Made by a program: the position numbers and the translations under genes
In this document: one piece after another, positions 1 through 8,267 of the stretch
Layout of the letters: the number at the start of each line of letters is the position of its first letter
Numbering within the stretch: the stretch's first letter is position 1
NCBI GenBank assembly: GCA_965204735.1
Contig: OZ242008.1
Location: 672,001-736,000 of the forward strand
Direction of reading: 5' to 3'
Source: Longimicrobiales bacterium
Lineage (GTDB): Bacteria; Gemmatimonadota; Gemmatimonadetes; Longimicrobiales; Gaopeijiaceae
Length of the DNA: 64,000 bases
The notes under the pieces: model-generated
The model's database searches: none
Told to the model about the DNA's origin: nothing
The model's input: the letters and a program-made list of their open reading frames with translations, nothing else

Positions 1-1
1 G

Positions 2-439
2 CTGGCTGCCCAGAGGCGGGAGCTGACGGAGGCGATCAGCACACAGGGGCGGGAACTGACGGAGGCGATCAGTGCCCAGGGGCGGGAGATGATGGACGCG
101 ATTGGCGCCCCAAAGCAGGAACCGTCGGCCGCGATGGCCAGCCAGAAGCAGGAGATTCGGTGCCGAATCGACCGACTGGAAGTCCGATTCGACAAGAACC
201 ACAGGGAGGTCACGGCCGCGCTTGCCGAACTGAAGGCCTCGGTCAGTGCGTTGAGCGTGAAGCTCGACGAGCGTTCGCGCTCTCGCGGCCTTGAGGGCGC
301 GGAACTGCCCAGCGCCGGGGCGGACGTGGCCGCGGCCGTCGTGCGGGAGACGCCTGCCCCGTACTCGGCGGATGAGCCGAAGGGCGAAGCAGAAGGGGTG
401 CCGGAGAGCAGCCGTCGGCACCCTCCAGAGGTGGGTTAG
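2..439 (+). CDS. Hypothetical coiled-coil protein with 11-aa (hendecad) repeats, 5'-truncated by the window edge
   Basis: Frame open from base 2: LAAQRRELTEAISTQGRELTEAISAQGREMMDAIGAPKQE...IDRLEVRFD...LDERS; stop TAG at 437-439. Confidence 0.6.
   Translation: MAAQRRELTEAISTQGRELTEAISAQGREMMDAIGAPKQEPSAAMASQKQEIRCRIDRLEVRFDKNHREVTAALAELKASVSALSVKLDERSRSRGLEGAELPSAGADVAAAVVRETPAPYSADEPKGEAEGVPESSRRHPPEVG
11..152 (+). repeat. 33-bp coding tandem repeat, about 4 units, degenerating 3'
   Basis: cagaggcgggagctgacggaggcgatcagcaca / caggggcgggaactgacggaggcgatcagtgcc / caggggcgggagatgatggacgcgattggcgcc / ... Confidence 0.8.
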
Positions 440-605
440 CCACGCCGGCGCATGGAAGGACAGCAAGACCAACGGTGCCGCCCCTGCCCGGGCCGTGTGG
501 CTGGTTGTCGCTACACGATACCCTCTGGAGGGCGCGTCAGGACACCGTTGGGCGAGGTGGAAGGGCGCGACGAACGGCGGCTTGGCCCGCGATCGATGGT
601 GACGC

Positions 606-634
606 TGGACATGCACGCACTGTTTCGGTATAGT
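606..634 (+). promoter_or_regulatory. Sigma70-type promoter for the SDH protease-small protein-DUF499 operon
   Basis: TGGACA (606-611), 17-bp spacer, TATAGT (629-634); one mismatch from consensus in each box. Confidence 0.7.
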
Positions 635-648
635 CGAGTGACCACACC

Positions 649-669
649 GGACCTACTGATTCTAGGTCC
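649..669. promoter_or_regulatory. Perfect 7-bp inverted repeat downstream of the promoter (operator or 5'UTR hairpin)
   Basis: GGACCTA-ctgattc-TAGGTCC. Confidence 0.45.
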
Positions 670-696
670 ACAGTAGCCGGCAAGCGGAGAGAAACC

Positions 697-1542
697 ATGC
701 GGCCCGACACAAGCGACACCATCGCATTTGACTGGCTGAACGCCAAGATCAGAAAGATTGAAGATCATGTAGCTATGGATGCGCTCACGATTTACGGCCC
801 TATCATAGGAGACGTTGATCACCGGGTCAGACAAGCTATCGGGAACCTGCCGAGCCATCGTGACGAGTTGCTTGTGGTTATCGGCACGGACGGGGGTATC
901 GTGGAAATGGTCGAGCGCATTGTGACCACGATCAGGCATCACTACAAGGAAGTGACGTTTGTGGTTCCAGATCGTGCTATGTCTGCTGGCACCGTGCTGG
1001 TAATGTCTGGAGACGTCATCTCGATGGATTTCTTTTCTTGCCTGGGTCCAGTAGATCCGCAGTTGTACATCGAAGACAAGCCCATTCCAACATCGGTCAA
1101 GTCGTATCTGGAGCAATACGATCGTTTTGTGGAGAAATCCAAGGCAGGCGAACTCACTAGTGCTGAACTCGTGTTGCTGCAGAAACTTGATCCCGCTGAC
1201 CTGCGACAATATGAACTGGTCGCTGACTTGTCGGTCAGATTGATTCGAGACTGGCTTGTTCGGTATAAATTCAAGGACTGGCAGTTTCATTCGTCCTCGG
1301 GTGAACCTGTAACGGATGACGAGAAGAGCGATCGTGCCAGCGAGATCGCACAGGCACTCGGAAGTCAGGAGATGTGGGGAACGCACAGTAGAGGAATCAA
1401 CAGACAAGCGCTTGTCGATTTGAAGTTGAAAGTCGACAACCTTGAAGACGATTCTGTACTGAGCGGACACGTCAAAGAATATTTTTGGTTCTTGCGTGAC
1501 TTTGCAGGCACGAAGCAGGTGCCATGTGTAGTCCACAGCTGA
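697..1542 (+). CDS. SDH-family Clp-fold serine protease (ClpP/crotonase-like)
   Basis: Motifs TDGG, FVVPDRAMSAGT (catalytic Ser), LGPVDPQ (Asp), WGTHSRGI (His); visibly AT-richer than flanking genes; RBS ggaga. Confidence 0.85.
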   Translation: MRPDTSDTIAFDWLNAKIRKIEDHVAMDALTIYGPIIGDVDHRVRQAIGNLPSHRDELLVVIGTDGGIVEMVERIVTTIRHHYKEVTFVVPDRAMSAGTVLVMSGDVISMDFFSCLGPVDPQLYIEDKPIPTSVKSYLEQYDRFVEKSKAGELTSAELVLLQKLDPADLRQYELVADLSVRLIRDWLVRYKFKDWQFHSSSGEPVTDDEKSDRASEIAQALGSQEMWGTHSRGINRQALVDLKLKVDNLEDDSVLSGHVKEYFWFLRDFAGTKQVPCVVHS

Positions 1543-1565
1543 CGCTTTCTATAAGGAGAGTGTGA

Positions 1566-1784
1566 ATGAGCGCAAACGACGGCCTTGTGCTTACCCACGA
1601 GGAAGTCTCTCGAAACCCCGGCGTCGATCCCGATGTCGTCAGGGAAGCTCTGCGCCTGCGCAAGAAGCTCGAGAGCATGGGCGTCTGGATCGACGAGGGC
1701 AGTCGGATCGCGAGCCCGCTCGCCGTTCGTCCGGACAGGCCGTCCGAGAAGCAACCGATACCGTCCGGGCTCGCCCAGCTGTGA
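1566..1784 (+). CDS. Small hypothetical protein (72 aa)
   Basis: RBS taaggag at 1552-1558; stop overlaps the GTG of the DUF499 gene (GTGA, 1781-1784); helical stretch VVREALRLRKKLESMG. Confidence 0.7.
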   Translation: MSANDGLVLTHEEVSRNPGVDPDVVREALRLRKKLESMGVWIDEGSRIASPLAVRPDRPSEKQPIPSGLAQL

Positions 1785-4700
1785 CCCCGCCCAAGCTCCG
1801 CCCCTGGCATCAAGTCGTCCGACTCAAGAAGGAGCTTCGCACGGGCGAGCTGTCGCTGGCCCAGTTCGCCGCCGACCTGCACGAAGTCTCGCTGGCCCGG
1901 GGCAAGCGTCCCGTGTACGAAGACCCGGAGCGCTTCTTCGGGCTGACCTACGCCACCCATGCGCTGCGCGACTTGGTGCGCGACGTGGCCGGGCGGCTGG
2001 CGGCCCGCAGCCCCAAGGCCGTGCGCCAGCTGGAGCTGACCTACGGCGGGGGCAAGACGCACACGCTGATCACCCTCTACCACCTCTTCCGCGACCCGAC
2101 TTCGCTGCCGGACCTGCCCGCCGTCCGCGAGTTCCGCGAGCACGTGGGACACGACCTGCCCGCCGCATACCCGGTTACGCTCTGCTTCGACAAGATCGAC
2201 GTGGAGTCGGGCATTCAGGGCGTGCGCGGACCGGACGGCCAGACCCGCGACCTGCTGCACCCCTGGAGCGTCCTGGCCTACCAGCTGGCGGGCGACGACG
2301 GACTGCGCGCCGTCCACGCCGACGGCCAAGCCCTGGAACGCGAGACTCCGCCCGCGGAGCCGCTGCTGGCGAAACTCGTCGCCAAGCCCCAGGAGCGCGG
2401 CATGTCCACGCTGATCTTGGTGGACGAAGTGCTCATGTACGCGCGCGGCAAGGCGGGCATCGACGCCGTGTGGGGCGACCGCGTCCGCGACTTCTTCCAG
2501 TACCTGACGCAGGCGGTGGTCAAGGTGGACCGGGCGGCGATGGTCGCGTCGCTGCTGGCCACCGACCCGCTCAAGCAGAACGACGACATGGGCAAGGCCC
2601 TCATGGCCGACCTCTTCGACGTGGTGCGCAGGCAGAAGGAAGAGGGCGTGGAGCCGGTCCAGAAGAAGGACGTGGCGGAAGTGCTGCGCCGGCGCTTCTT
2701 CGAGGCGGAGGACATTCGCGAGCCCGACGCCTGGAAGTCCCACGTCATCGGCGTGGTGCGGGGCTTGGCCAAGGTGCAGGCGACCACCGACCGCTCGCGC
2801 ACCGAGGACGAAGAGCACTTCCTGCGCAACTTCCCCTTCCACCCCAAGCTCACCGACGTCTTCTACACGTGCTGGACCCAGCTGGAGGGCTTCCAGCGCA
2901 CGCGGGGCATCCTGCGCACGCTGGCCACGGCGCTGCGGGAGGCCGAGAAGTGGGACGCGAGCCCGCTGGTCGGTCCGGCGGCGCTGCTCTCGGCCCCCGG
3001 CGAATCGGCGCTCTCCGAGGCGGTCCGGGAGCTGGCGGGCGTCGCCACGACCGAGACCGTGGAAGGCAAGAAGGTGGAGTGGTCGCCGCTCCTCACCAAG
3101 GAGCTGGAGAAGGCTCGCGACATCCAGAACGAGTTTCCCGCGCTGGCGGACGGACGCGAGGCCGAACAGGCGGTCGTCGCCGTCTTCCTGCACTCCCAGC
3201 CCGTCGGCCACAAGATTGAGACGCAGCCCCTGCGGCGCATGATCGGCACCAGCGAGCCCGACGTGATCGAGCTGGACAACGGCCTGGCGCGCTGGCGCGA
3301 GACGTCTTGGTTCCTGGACGACGAGGACGCGGGCCTTCTCCCGCCGGGAAGCCAGCAGCTGCCCACGGACTGGCGGCTGGGCAACCGGCCGAACCTGCGC
3401 CAGATGCACGACGACGCATGCAGGAACCGGGTCGGCGCCGAGGCCGTGGACGAGTACCTCAAGCGCACCGTCCGAAAGGCTCGGTCCCTGATCGAGGGCG
3501 CGTCGGCGGCGGGCGTCAAGGTGCACATGATGCCGGCGGGTCCCCAGGACGTGGCCGACGACCTGGTCTTCCGCTACGTGGTTCTGGGGCCGGAGGCCGT
3601 CTCCGAGTCCGGCAAGCCCAGCCGCGTCGCCCGCGCCTTCCTGGAGACCAAGGGCAAGGACCGGCCTCGCGTGCACCGCAACGCGCTCGTGCTGGTCGCG
3701 CCGTCGCGGGCAGGGCTGGAGGCCATGCGGGGCGAGATCCGCGCCTTTCTGGGCTGGGAAGAGGTCCAGAACCAGCTCTCCAGCCACGAGGTGGACGCGA
3801 TCCGAATCCAGCGCCTTCGCCGCCGGCTGGACGAAGCGCGCCGCCGCATCCCCGAGACCGTGCGGCAGGCCTACTCGATCGTCACGACGTTCGGCAAGGA
3901 AGGCCAAGTCCACGCCTTCAAGCTCGCCGCCTCCGCCGGCCCCCTCTTCGTAGAGGTCAAGAACGACGACCGCTCGCGCATTCAGGAAACCGCGGTCAAC
4001 GCCGAAGCCCTCCTGCCCGAGGGTCCCTACGACCTGTGGCGCGAGGACGAGGAGTCGCGCTTCGTCACGGAGCTGGCCACCGCCTTCGCCCGCCACCCCC
4101 GGCTGCCGAAGGCCCTCAACCCCCAGCTCCTCATGGACACCGTCCTGCAGGGCGTCGAGGGCGGCCAGTTCGTGGCGCGCCTGGTCCGCCCGGACGGCAG
4201 CGTCCGCATGTGGTGGCGCGAAGCCGTGCCCGCCGAAGTGCGCGACGAGGCCCAGCTGGAGGTGGTGCTGCCCCAGGACACGACGCTGGACAGGCTGGAC
4301 GCCCGCCTGCTCGCGCCGGGGACCCTGCCCGACCTGTGGCCCGACGCGGACGCCGCCGATGCGGCCGCCGATGCGGCCCCCGCCCTGACTTGGGCCCGCT
4401 TGGCCAAGTACTTCGCCGGCGGCTTCCAAGCCCGGATCCCGGCTGGCGACTACGACGAGTTCGTCGCGATTCCCAAGTGCTCCGAACCCGCGCTGCACGA
4501 GGCGGTGCGCGCCGCGGTGGAGGACGGCGCCGTCTGGCTGGTTGCCGGCCCGGCCTCCGTCTGGCGCGAGCCGATTCCCCACGGCGCCCTGGACTCCATG
4601 GCCGAACTCCGTCCTCCGCCCAGGGCCGTGTCCGCCCAGGAGCTCACGGAGGAGGTGCTGCCCGGCGCTTGGCAAGACGGCAAGACCAATGGCGTTGCGC

Positions 4701-5128
4701 TGGCCCAGGCCGTCTCGGTGGGGCGGGGCTACACCGTCCCCTGGCCGCTGATGGTGCAGGCGATCAAGGACTCGGTGTCGGGCCGCTGGCTCGCCTTGGC
4801 CCAGGGCAGCGACCCGGTGGGCGGGGGCTGGGATCGGGCCGGCTCGGTGGTGCTGGAGCGGCCGTCGCAGCTGGGCTCCCCCCCGCCCGGTTCAATCGAC
4901 GACGGGCTGTTCCCTCCCGACGCGCCCAGCGGTGCCGCGGCAGTTGCCCTGGACGCTCCCCAGATTCAGGACTTGGCCGAGACGGTGCCGGAGCTGCTCT
5001 CTGCCGGCCCCACGGCCGACCTGCGCTTCCGCGTCCGCGTAGAAGCCTCGGGCGAGCTGGACGCGGCCGAGCGCGCCGCCCTGGACAAGCTGCTGGACAA
5101 AGTGGCCGACGGGCTGAAGGTGACTTGA
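1781..5128 (+). CDS. DUF499-domain P-loop ATPase (BrxC-related / restriction-like defence ATPase)
   Basis: N-terminal LRPWHQVV...FAADL..., YEDPERFFGLTY, Walker A YGGGKTHTL, Walker B LILVDE, FPFHP, GFQRTRGILR; GTG at 1781 coupled to upstream stop. Confidence 0.9.
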   Translation: MTPPKLRPWHQVVRLKKELRTGELSLAQFAADLHEVSLARGKRPVYEDPERFFGLTYATHALRDLVRDVAGRLAARSPKAVRQLELTYGGGKTHTLITLYHLFRDPTSLPDLPAVREFREHVGHDLPAAYPVTLCFDKIDVESGIQGVRGPDGQTRDLLHPWSVLAYQLAGDDGLRAVHADGQALERETPPAEPLLAKLVAKPQERGMSTLILVDEVLMYARGKAGIDAVWGDRVRDFFQYLTQAVVKVDRAAMVASLLATDPLKQNDDMGKALMADLFDVVRRQKEEGVEPVQKKDVAEVLRRRFFEAEDIREPDAWKSHVIGVVRGLAKVQATTDRSRTEDEEHFLRNFPFHPKLTDVFYTCWTQLEGFQRTRGILRTLATALREAEKWDASPLVGPAALLSAPGESALSEAVRELAGVATTETVEGKKVEWSPLLTKELEKARDIQNEFPALADGREAEQAVVAVFLHSQPVGHKIETQPLRRMIGTSEPDVIELDNGLARWRETSWFLDDEDAGLLPPGSQQLPTDWRLGNRPNLRQMHDDACRNRVGAEAVDEYLKRTVRKARSLIEGASAAGVKVHMMPAGPQDVADDLVFRYVVLGPEAVSESGKPSRVARAFLETKGKDRPRVHRNALVLVAPSRAGLEAMRGEIRAFLGWEEVQNQLSSHEVDAIRIQRLRRRLDEARRRIPETVRQAYSIVTTFGKEGQVHAFKLAASAGPLFVEVKNDDRSRIQETAVNAEALLPEGPYDLWREDEESRFVTELATAFARHPRLPKALNPQLLMDTVLQGVEGGQFVARLVRPDGSVRMWWREAVPAEVRDEAQLEVVLPQDTTLDRLDARLLAPGTLPDLWPDADAADAAADAAPALTWARLAKYFAGGFQARIPAGDYDEFVAIPKCSEPALHEAVRAAVEDGAVWLVAGPASVWREPIPHGALDSMAELRPPPRAVSAQELTEEVLPGAWQDGKTNGVALAQAVSVGRGYTVPWPLMVQAIKDSVSGRWLALAQGSDPVGGGWDRAGSVVLERPSQLGSPPPGSIDDGLFPPDAPSGAAAVALDAPQIQDLAETVPELLSAGPTADLRFRVRVEASGELDAAERAALDKLLDKVADGLKVT

Positions 5129-5129
5129 G

Positions 5130-5384
5130 CTAAACGACAGGCGATTCGGTCGTCCTGTCTGCATCGGTTGGGTCGGGGGTGATTCCGTCTTCCAACATCG
5201 ATGCGATGAACAGCCTCTTGGCTTCGGCGAGGTGTTGAAGAGCCTGTTCTGGAGTTTCCCCATGGCTCTCGCAGCCGTCCAGTTCGACTACACGGGCCAT
5301 GTAGCAGGGAGTTCCGTCTGTACACCGTTCGGGCGTCACCGACACGGAATAGGGCAGGCTCATGTAGTAGTCGAGGTTGCTCAT
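5130..5384 (-). CDS. hicB: HicB-like antitoxin (84 aa), no adjacent hicA
   Basis: MSNLDYYMSLPYSVSV...YMARVVELDGCESHGETPEQALQHLAEAKRLFIASMLEDG, a typical HicB N-terminal fold; C-terminal part of listed ORF 5130..6698. Confidence 0.8.
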   Translation of the reverse strand: MSNLDYYMSLPYSVSVTPERCTDGTPCYMARVVELDGCESHGETPEQALQHLAEAKRLFIASMLEDGITPDPTDADRTTESPVV

Positions 5385-5583
5385 GGACGGTTTCCGGCGT
5401 TGGCCTTCGGGGCAACCGGCGAGTGGGAGGCTGACGAATCGACAGAAAGTAGCTGAGCCCGCGAATCCGCGGTGCGCCGCGGGACCTTGGCAGCGCCGGC
5501 AAGTCTCCGAGGCAAGGCGCTGGAGAGCTGGGCGTCGAGGCGACCATGGCGAACTCGCCGCAGGCGCGGTCCCACAATCCGGG

Positions 5584-5612
5584 TTGAGCCCACTTCCGCC
5601 CGCCGTCATATT
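5584..5612 (+). promoter_or_regulatory. Putative sigma70 promoter upstream of prfA
   Basis: TTGAGC-N17-CATATT. Confidence 0.45.
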
Positions 5613-5661
5613 GCACAGCTTTCTTGGAACTGCCGCATGCCGGTTGACTTCTTTTGGCGGC

Positions 5662-5723
5662 TCCCGCCGCCCTTTTCCCGCCGACCATCCGCCGCCCTTT
5701 CCCGCCGCCCTTTCCCGCCGCCC
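5662..5723 (+). repeat. ~13-bp imperfect tandem repeat (tcccgccgccctt) in the prfA leader
   Basis: tcccgccgcccttt tcccgccgacca tccgccgccctt tcccgccgccctt tcccgccgccc. Confidence 0.65.
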
Positions 5724-5732
5724 GTCAAAGCC

Positions 5733-6827
5733 ATGGAACCCCGCCTTGCCGAACGCCTCTCCGAGACGGAAACGCGGTGCCGGAAGGTGGACTTGGAGCT
5801 CGCCGACCCCCAAGTCGCCCGGGACGCGTCCCGCATTCGGGAACTGGGCAAGGAACGCGCCGTGCTGGCCGCCGTCCTTGCCGCCGGTCGCGAAGTGCAG
5901 GCCCTCGAGACGGAGCTGGAGGACGCCCGCAACCTCGCCGCCGACGCCGACGATCCCGAGCTCAAGGAGCTGGCCGAAGAGGAAACGGCCGCCCTGGAGA
6001 GCCGGCTCGTTGGGGCAAGGAAGCGTTTCCACGAGCTTCTGGTTCCTGCCGACCCGATGGAGGATCGACCAGCGGTGGTCGAGATCAGAGCGGGGACCGG
6101 CGGCGACGAGGCCGGTCTCTTCGGCGCCGACTTGCTGCGCATGTACCGTCGACTCGCCGAGCGGGCGGGTTGGACGGTCGAGATGGCGAACCTCTCCGGC
6201 GGAGCGCTGGGGGCGGTCAAGGAAGCCGTGTTCACGGTGCGGGGGAAGGGCGCCTACGGCCGGCTGCGCTTCGAGTCGGGGACCCACCGGGTGCAGCGGG
6301 TGCCCGAGACCGAGAGCCAGGGGAGGGTGCACACCTCCGCCGCCACGGTGGCGGTGCTTCCCGAGGCCGAGGAGGTGGACGTGAGGATCAAGCCGTCGGA
6401 GTTGCGGATCGACGTGTTCCGCTCCTCGGGGCCGGGGGGGCAGTCGGTGAACACCTCGGACTCGGCGGTGCGGATCACCCATGTCCCCACGGGCTTGGTC
6501 GTCTCCTGCCAGGACGAGAAGTCCCAGCACAAGAACAAGGCGCGGGCGATGAAGGTGCTCCGCTCGCGGCTGCTGGACCGGATGACGGCCGAGCGCGACG
6601 CGGAACGGGCGGCGGAGCGGCGCTCCCAGATCGGCAGCGGCGACAGGTCCGCCAAGATCCGCACCTACAACTTTCCCCAGAACCGTGTGACCGACCACAG
6701 AATCGGCCTGACCCTGTACCGCCTGGGCAACGTCTTGGACGGCGACCTGGACGAGGTCGTCTCCGCCCTGCGCACGGCCCGCGACGAAGAGCGGCTGGCA
6801 CGGCAGGTCGACTCCGCCGGCCGGTGA
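5733..6827 (+). CDS. prfA: Peptide chain release factor 1
   Basis: [14 protein letters not shown] specificity loop ([17 protein letters not shown]), GGQ motif, [15 protein letters not shown]. Confidence 0.97.
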   Translation: MEPRLAERLSETETRCRKVDLELADPQVARDASRIRELGKERAVLAAVLAAGREVQALETELEDARNLAADADDPELKELAEEETAALESRLVGARKRFHELLVPADPMEDRPAVVEIRAGTGGDEAGLFGADLLRMYRRLAERAGWTVEMANLSGGALGAVKEAVFTVRGKGAYGRLRFESGTHRVQRVPETESQGRVHTSAATVAVLPEAEEVDVRIKPSELRIDVFRSSGPGGQSVNTSDSAVRITHVPTGLVVSCQDEKSQHKNKARAMKVLRSRLLDRMTAERDAERAAERRSQIGSGDRSAKIRTYNFPQNRVTDHRIGLTLYRLGNVLDGDLDEVVSALRTARDEERLARQVDSAGR

Positions 6828-7915
6828 CGCCCCGTTCGACCCTCCTCCGGCACGCCCGGGACCGATCCCCAGGCGCCCAGCCGTCCGAGGGGACCCAGCC
6901 GCCGGGGGGCGCCCAGCCGTCCAAGGAGACCCAGCCGTCCGGGGGCGCCCAGGGCCCCCTGGCAGTCGCCGAGATCATTCGGCGAAGCGCCGGCTACTTG
7001 GCGGGCAAGGGGGTGGAGAACCCCCGCCTGGACGGGGAGCACATCCTCTCCCACGTCCTCGAGATGGCGCGGCTGGACCTCTACCTCCACTTCGACCGCC
7101 CCCTCTCGCCCGGCGAGCTGGCGGCGTGCCGGACGCTGCTCCGCCGCCGCGGCGCCAGAGAGCCGCTCCAGTACGTGCTGGGCTCGGCGCCGTTCCGCGA
7201 CCTGGAGCTGAAGGTGGGTCCCGGCGTTGCCGTGCCGCGCCCCGAGACCGAGCGCCTTCTGGACGTGCTCCTCGAAACGACCGGCCGCCGACCGGGCCCG
7301 ACTCCCCCGTTCGCCTCGGCCTTGGACGTGGGGACGGGCTCGGGCGCAATCGCCCTGGCGCTGGCGAAGGAAGGGCTGGCGGTCGCCGTGGCGGCCACCG
7401 ACGTGTCGCCCGCGGCCCTGGCGGCCGCCCGGAGCAACGCCGCCGAAGCCGGCGTCCATGTCGACTTCGGGGAGGGCGCGCTGCTCTCGCCGTTCGCCGG
7501 ACGGACGTTCGACCTGATCGTGTCCAACCCGCCGTACCTGACCAGCGACGAGTGGCGGTCGGCGCCCCCGGAGGTGCGCGAATGGGAGCCCCGCGACGCC
7601 ATGGAGGCGGGCGCGGACGGGCTCGACGTGATCCGTCCCCTGGTCCTGGCGGCGATGCCCGCGCTCCGCCCGAACGGGTGGGCCGCGCTGGAGGTGGGCC
7701 GTTTCCAGACCGAGGTCGTGGCCGGCATCTTCCGCGAGGCGGGGGCGGCGGCCGTCGAGGTGCGGGAAGACCTGGCGGGCCTGCCGCGCTATGTTTTCGC
7801 CCGGAAAGCCGAGGCGGCCCGGACGTCCGCGACCGCCCGCGACGCCGGACCGGCCTGCGCCGCCCAAGCGTCCCGCGACCGGTCCCCACACCGAGAGGAG
7901 TCCCCGGTTGGCTGA
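6824..7915 (+). CDS. prmC: Release factor glutamine methyltransferase (start uncertain; repeat-containing N-terminal extension)
   Basis: [37 protein letters not shown] overlap with prfA stop. Confidence 0.93.
   Translation: MTPRSTLLRHARDRSPGAQPSEGTQPPGGAQPSKETQPSGGAQGPLAVAEIIRRSAGYLAGKGVENPRLDGEHILSHVLEMARLDLYLHFDRPLSPGELAACRTLLRRRGAREPLQYVLGSAPFRDLELKVGPGVAVPRPETERLLDVLLETTGRRPGPTPPFASALDVGTGSGAIALALAKEGLAVAVAATDVSPAALAAARSNAAEAGVHVDFGEGALLSPFAGRTFDLIVSNPPYLTSDEWRSAPPEVREWEPRDAMEAGADGLDVIRPLVLAAMPALRPNGWAALEVGRFQTEVVAGIFREAGAAAVEVREDLAGLPRYVFARKAEAARTSATARDAGPACAAQASRDRSPHREESPVG
6872..6952 (+). repeat. 36-bp (2x18) tandem repeat at the prmC 5' end
   Basis: ggcgcccag at 6872, 6908 and 6944; encodes [27 protein letters not shown]. 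Confidence 0.8.
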
Positions 7916-8267
7916 AATCCACGAGCTGGCCGAGTCCCTGGGACGCGCCCTGGGGCACACCCCCGAGTACCGCACCCTGAAGAGGGCCGCGGAGGCCGCC
8001 GACGAGGACCGGGAGATCGTCGCCCTCAAGAACGAGGCGGCTCGGCTGGAGGCCGCCTTCGAGTCCGCAATGCGCAGAGGCCAGGAGCCCGCCGAAGACG
8101 ACTTGGCCCAGTACGAGTCGGTCGCCTCGCGGCTCCAGGCGTCGTCGGTCTACCAGAGCCTCGTGGCCGCCCAGGCCAACTTCGACCGGGTGATGGCCAA
8201 GGTGGACGAGTCGATCCAGGACGGCATGCGGAGCGGAGCGGCCTCCACCATCATCTTGGCGACTTGA
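7908..8267 (+). CDS. YlbF/YmcA (RicA/F-like) family regulator
   Basis: IHELAESLGRALGHTPEYRTLKRA...YQSLVAAQANFDRVMAKVDESI; TTG start after gaggag. Confidence 0.75.
   Translation: MAEIHELAESLGRALGHTPEYRTLKRAAEAADEDREIVALKNEAARLEAAFESAMRRGQEPAEDDLAQYESVASRLQASSVYQSLVAAQANFDRVMAKVDESIQDGMRSGAASTIILAT

Noticed and set aside
1562..1780. N-terminal extension of the DUF499 ORF as listed (start 1562)
   Set aside because: Family-like sequence begins at GTG 1781; the region is better explained by the 72-aa gene with its own RBS
1472..4675. Long antisense and alternate-frame ORFs (e.g. 1472..4675, 43423..49410, 43683..49277, 52518..55793)
   Set aside because: Shadow ORFs expected at this GC content; they overlap well-supported genes and are Arg/Pro/Gly-rich without motifs
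5381..5593. 70-aa minus-strand ORF upstream of hicB as a HicA toxin
   Set aside because: Position fits, but there is no GSH motif or HicA-like pattern
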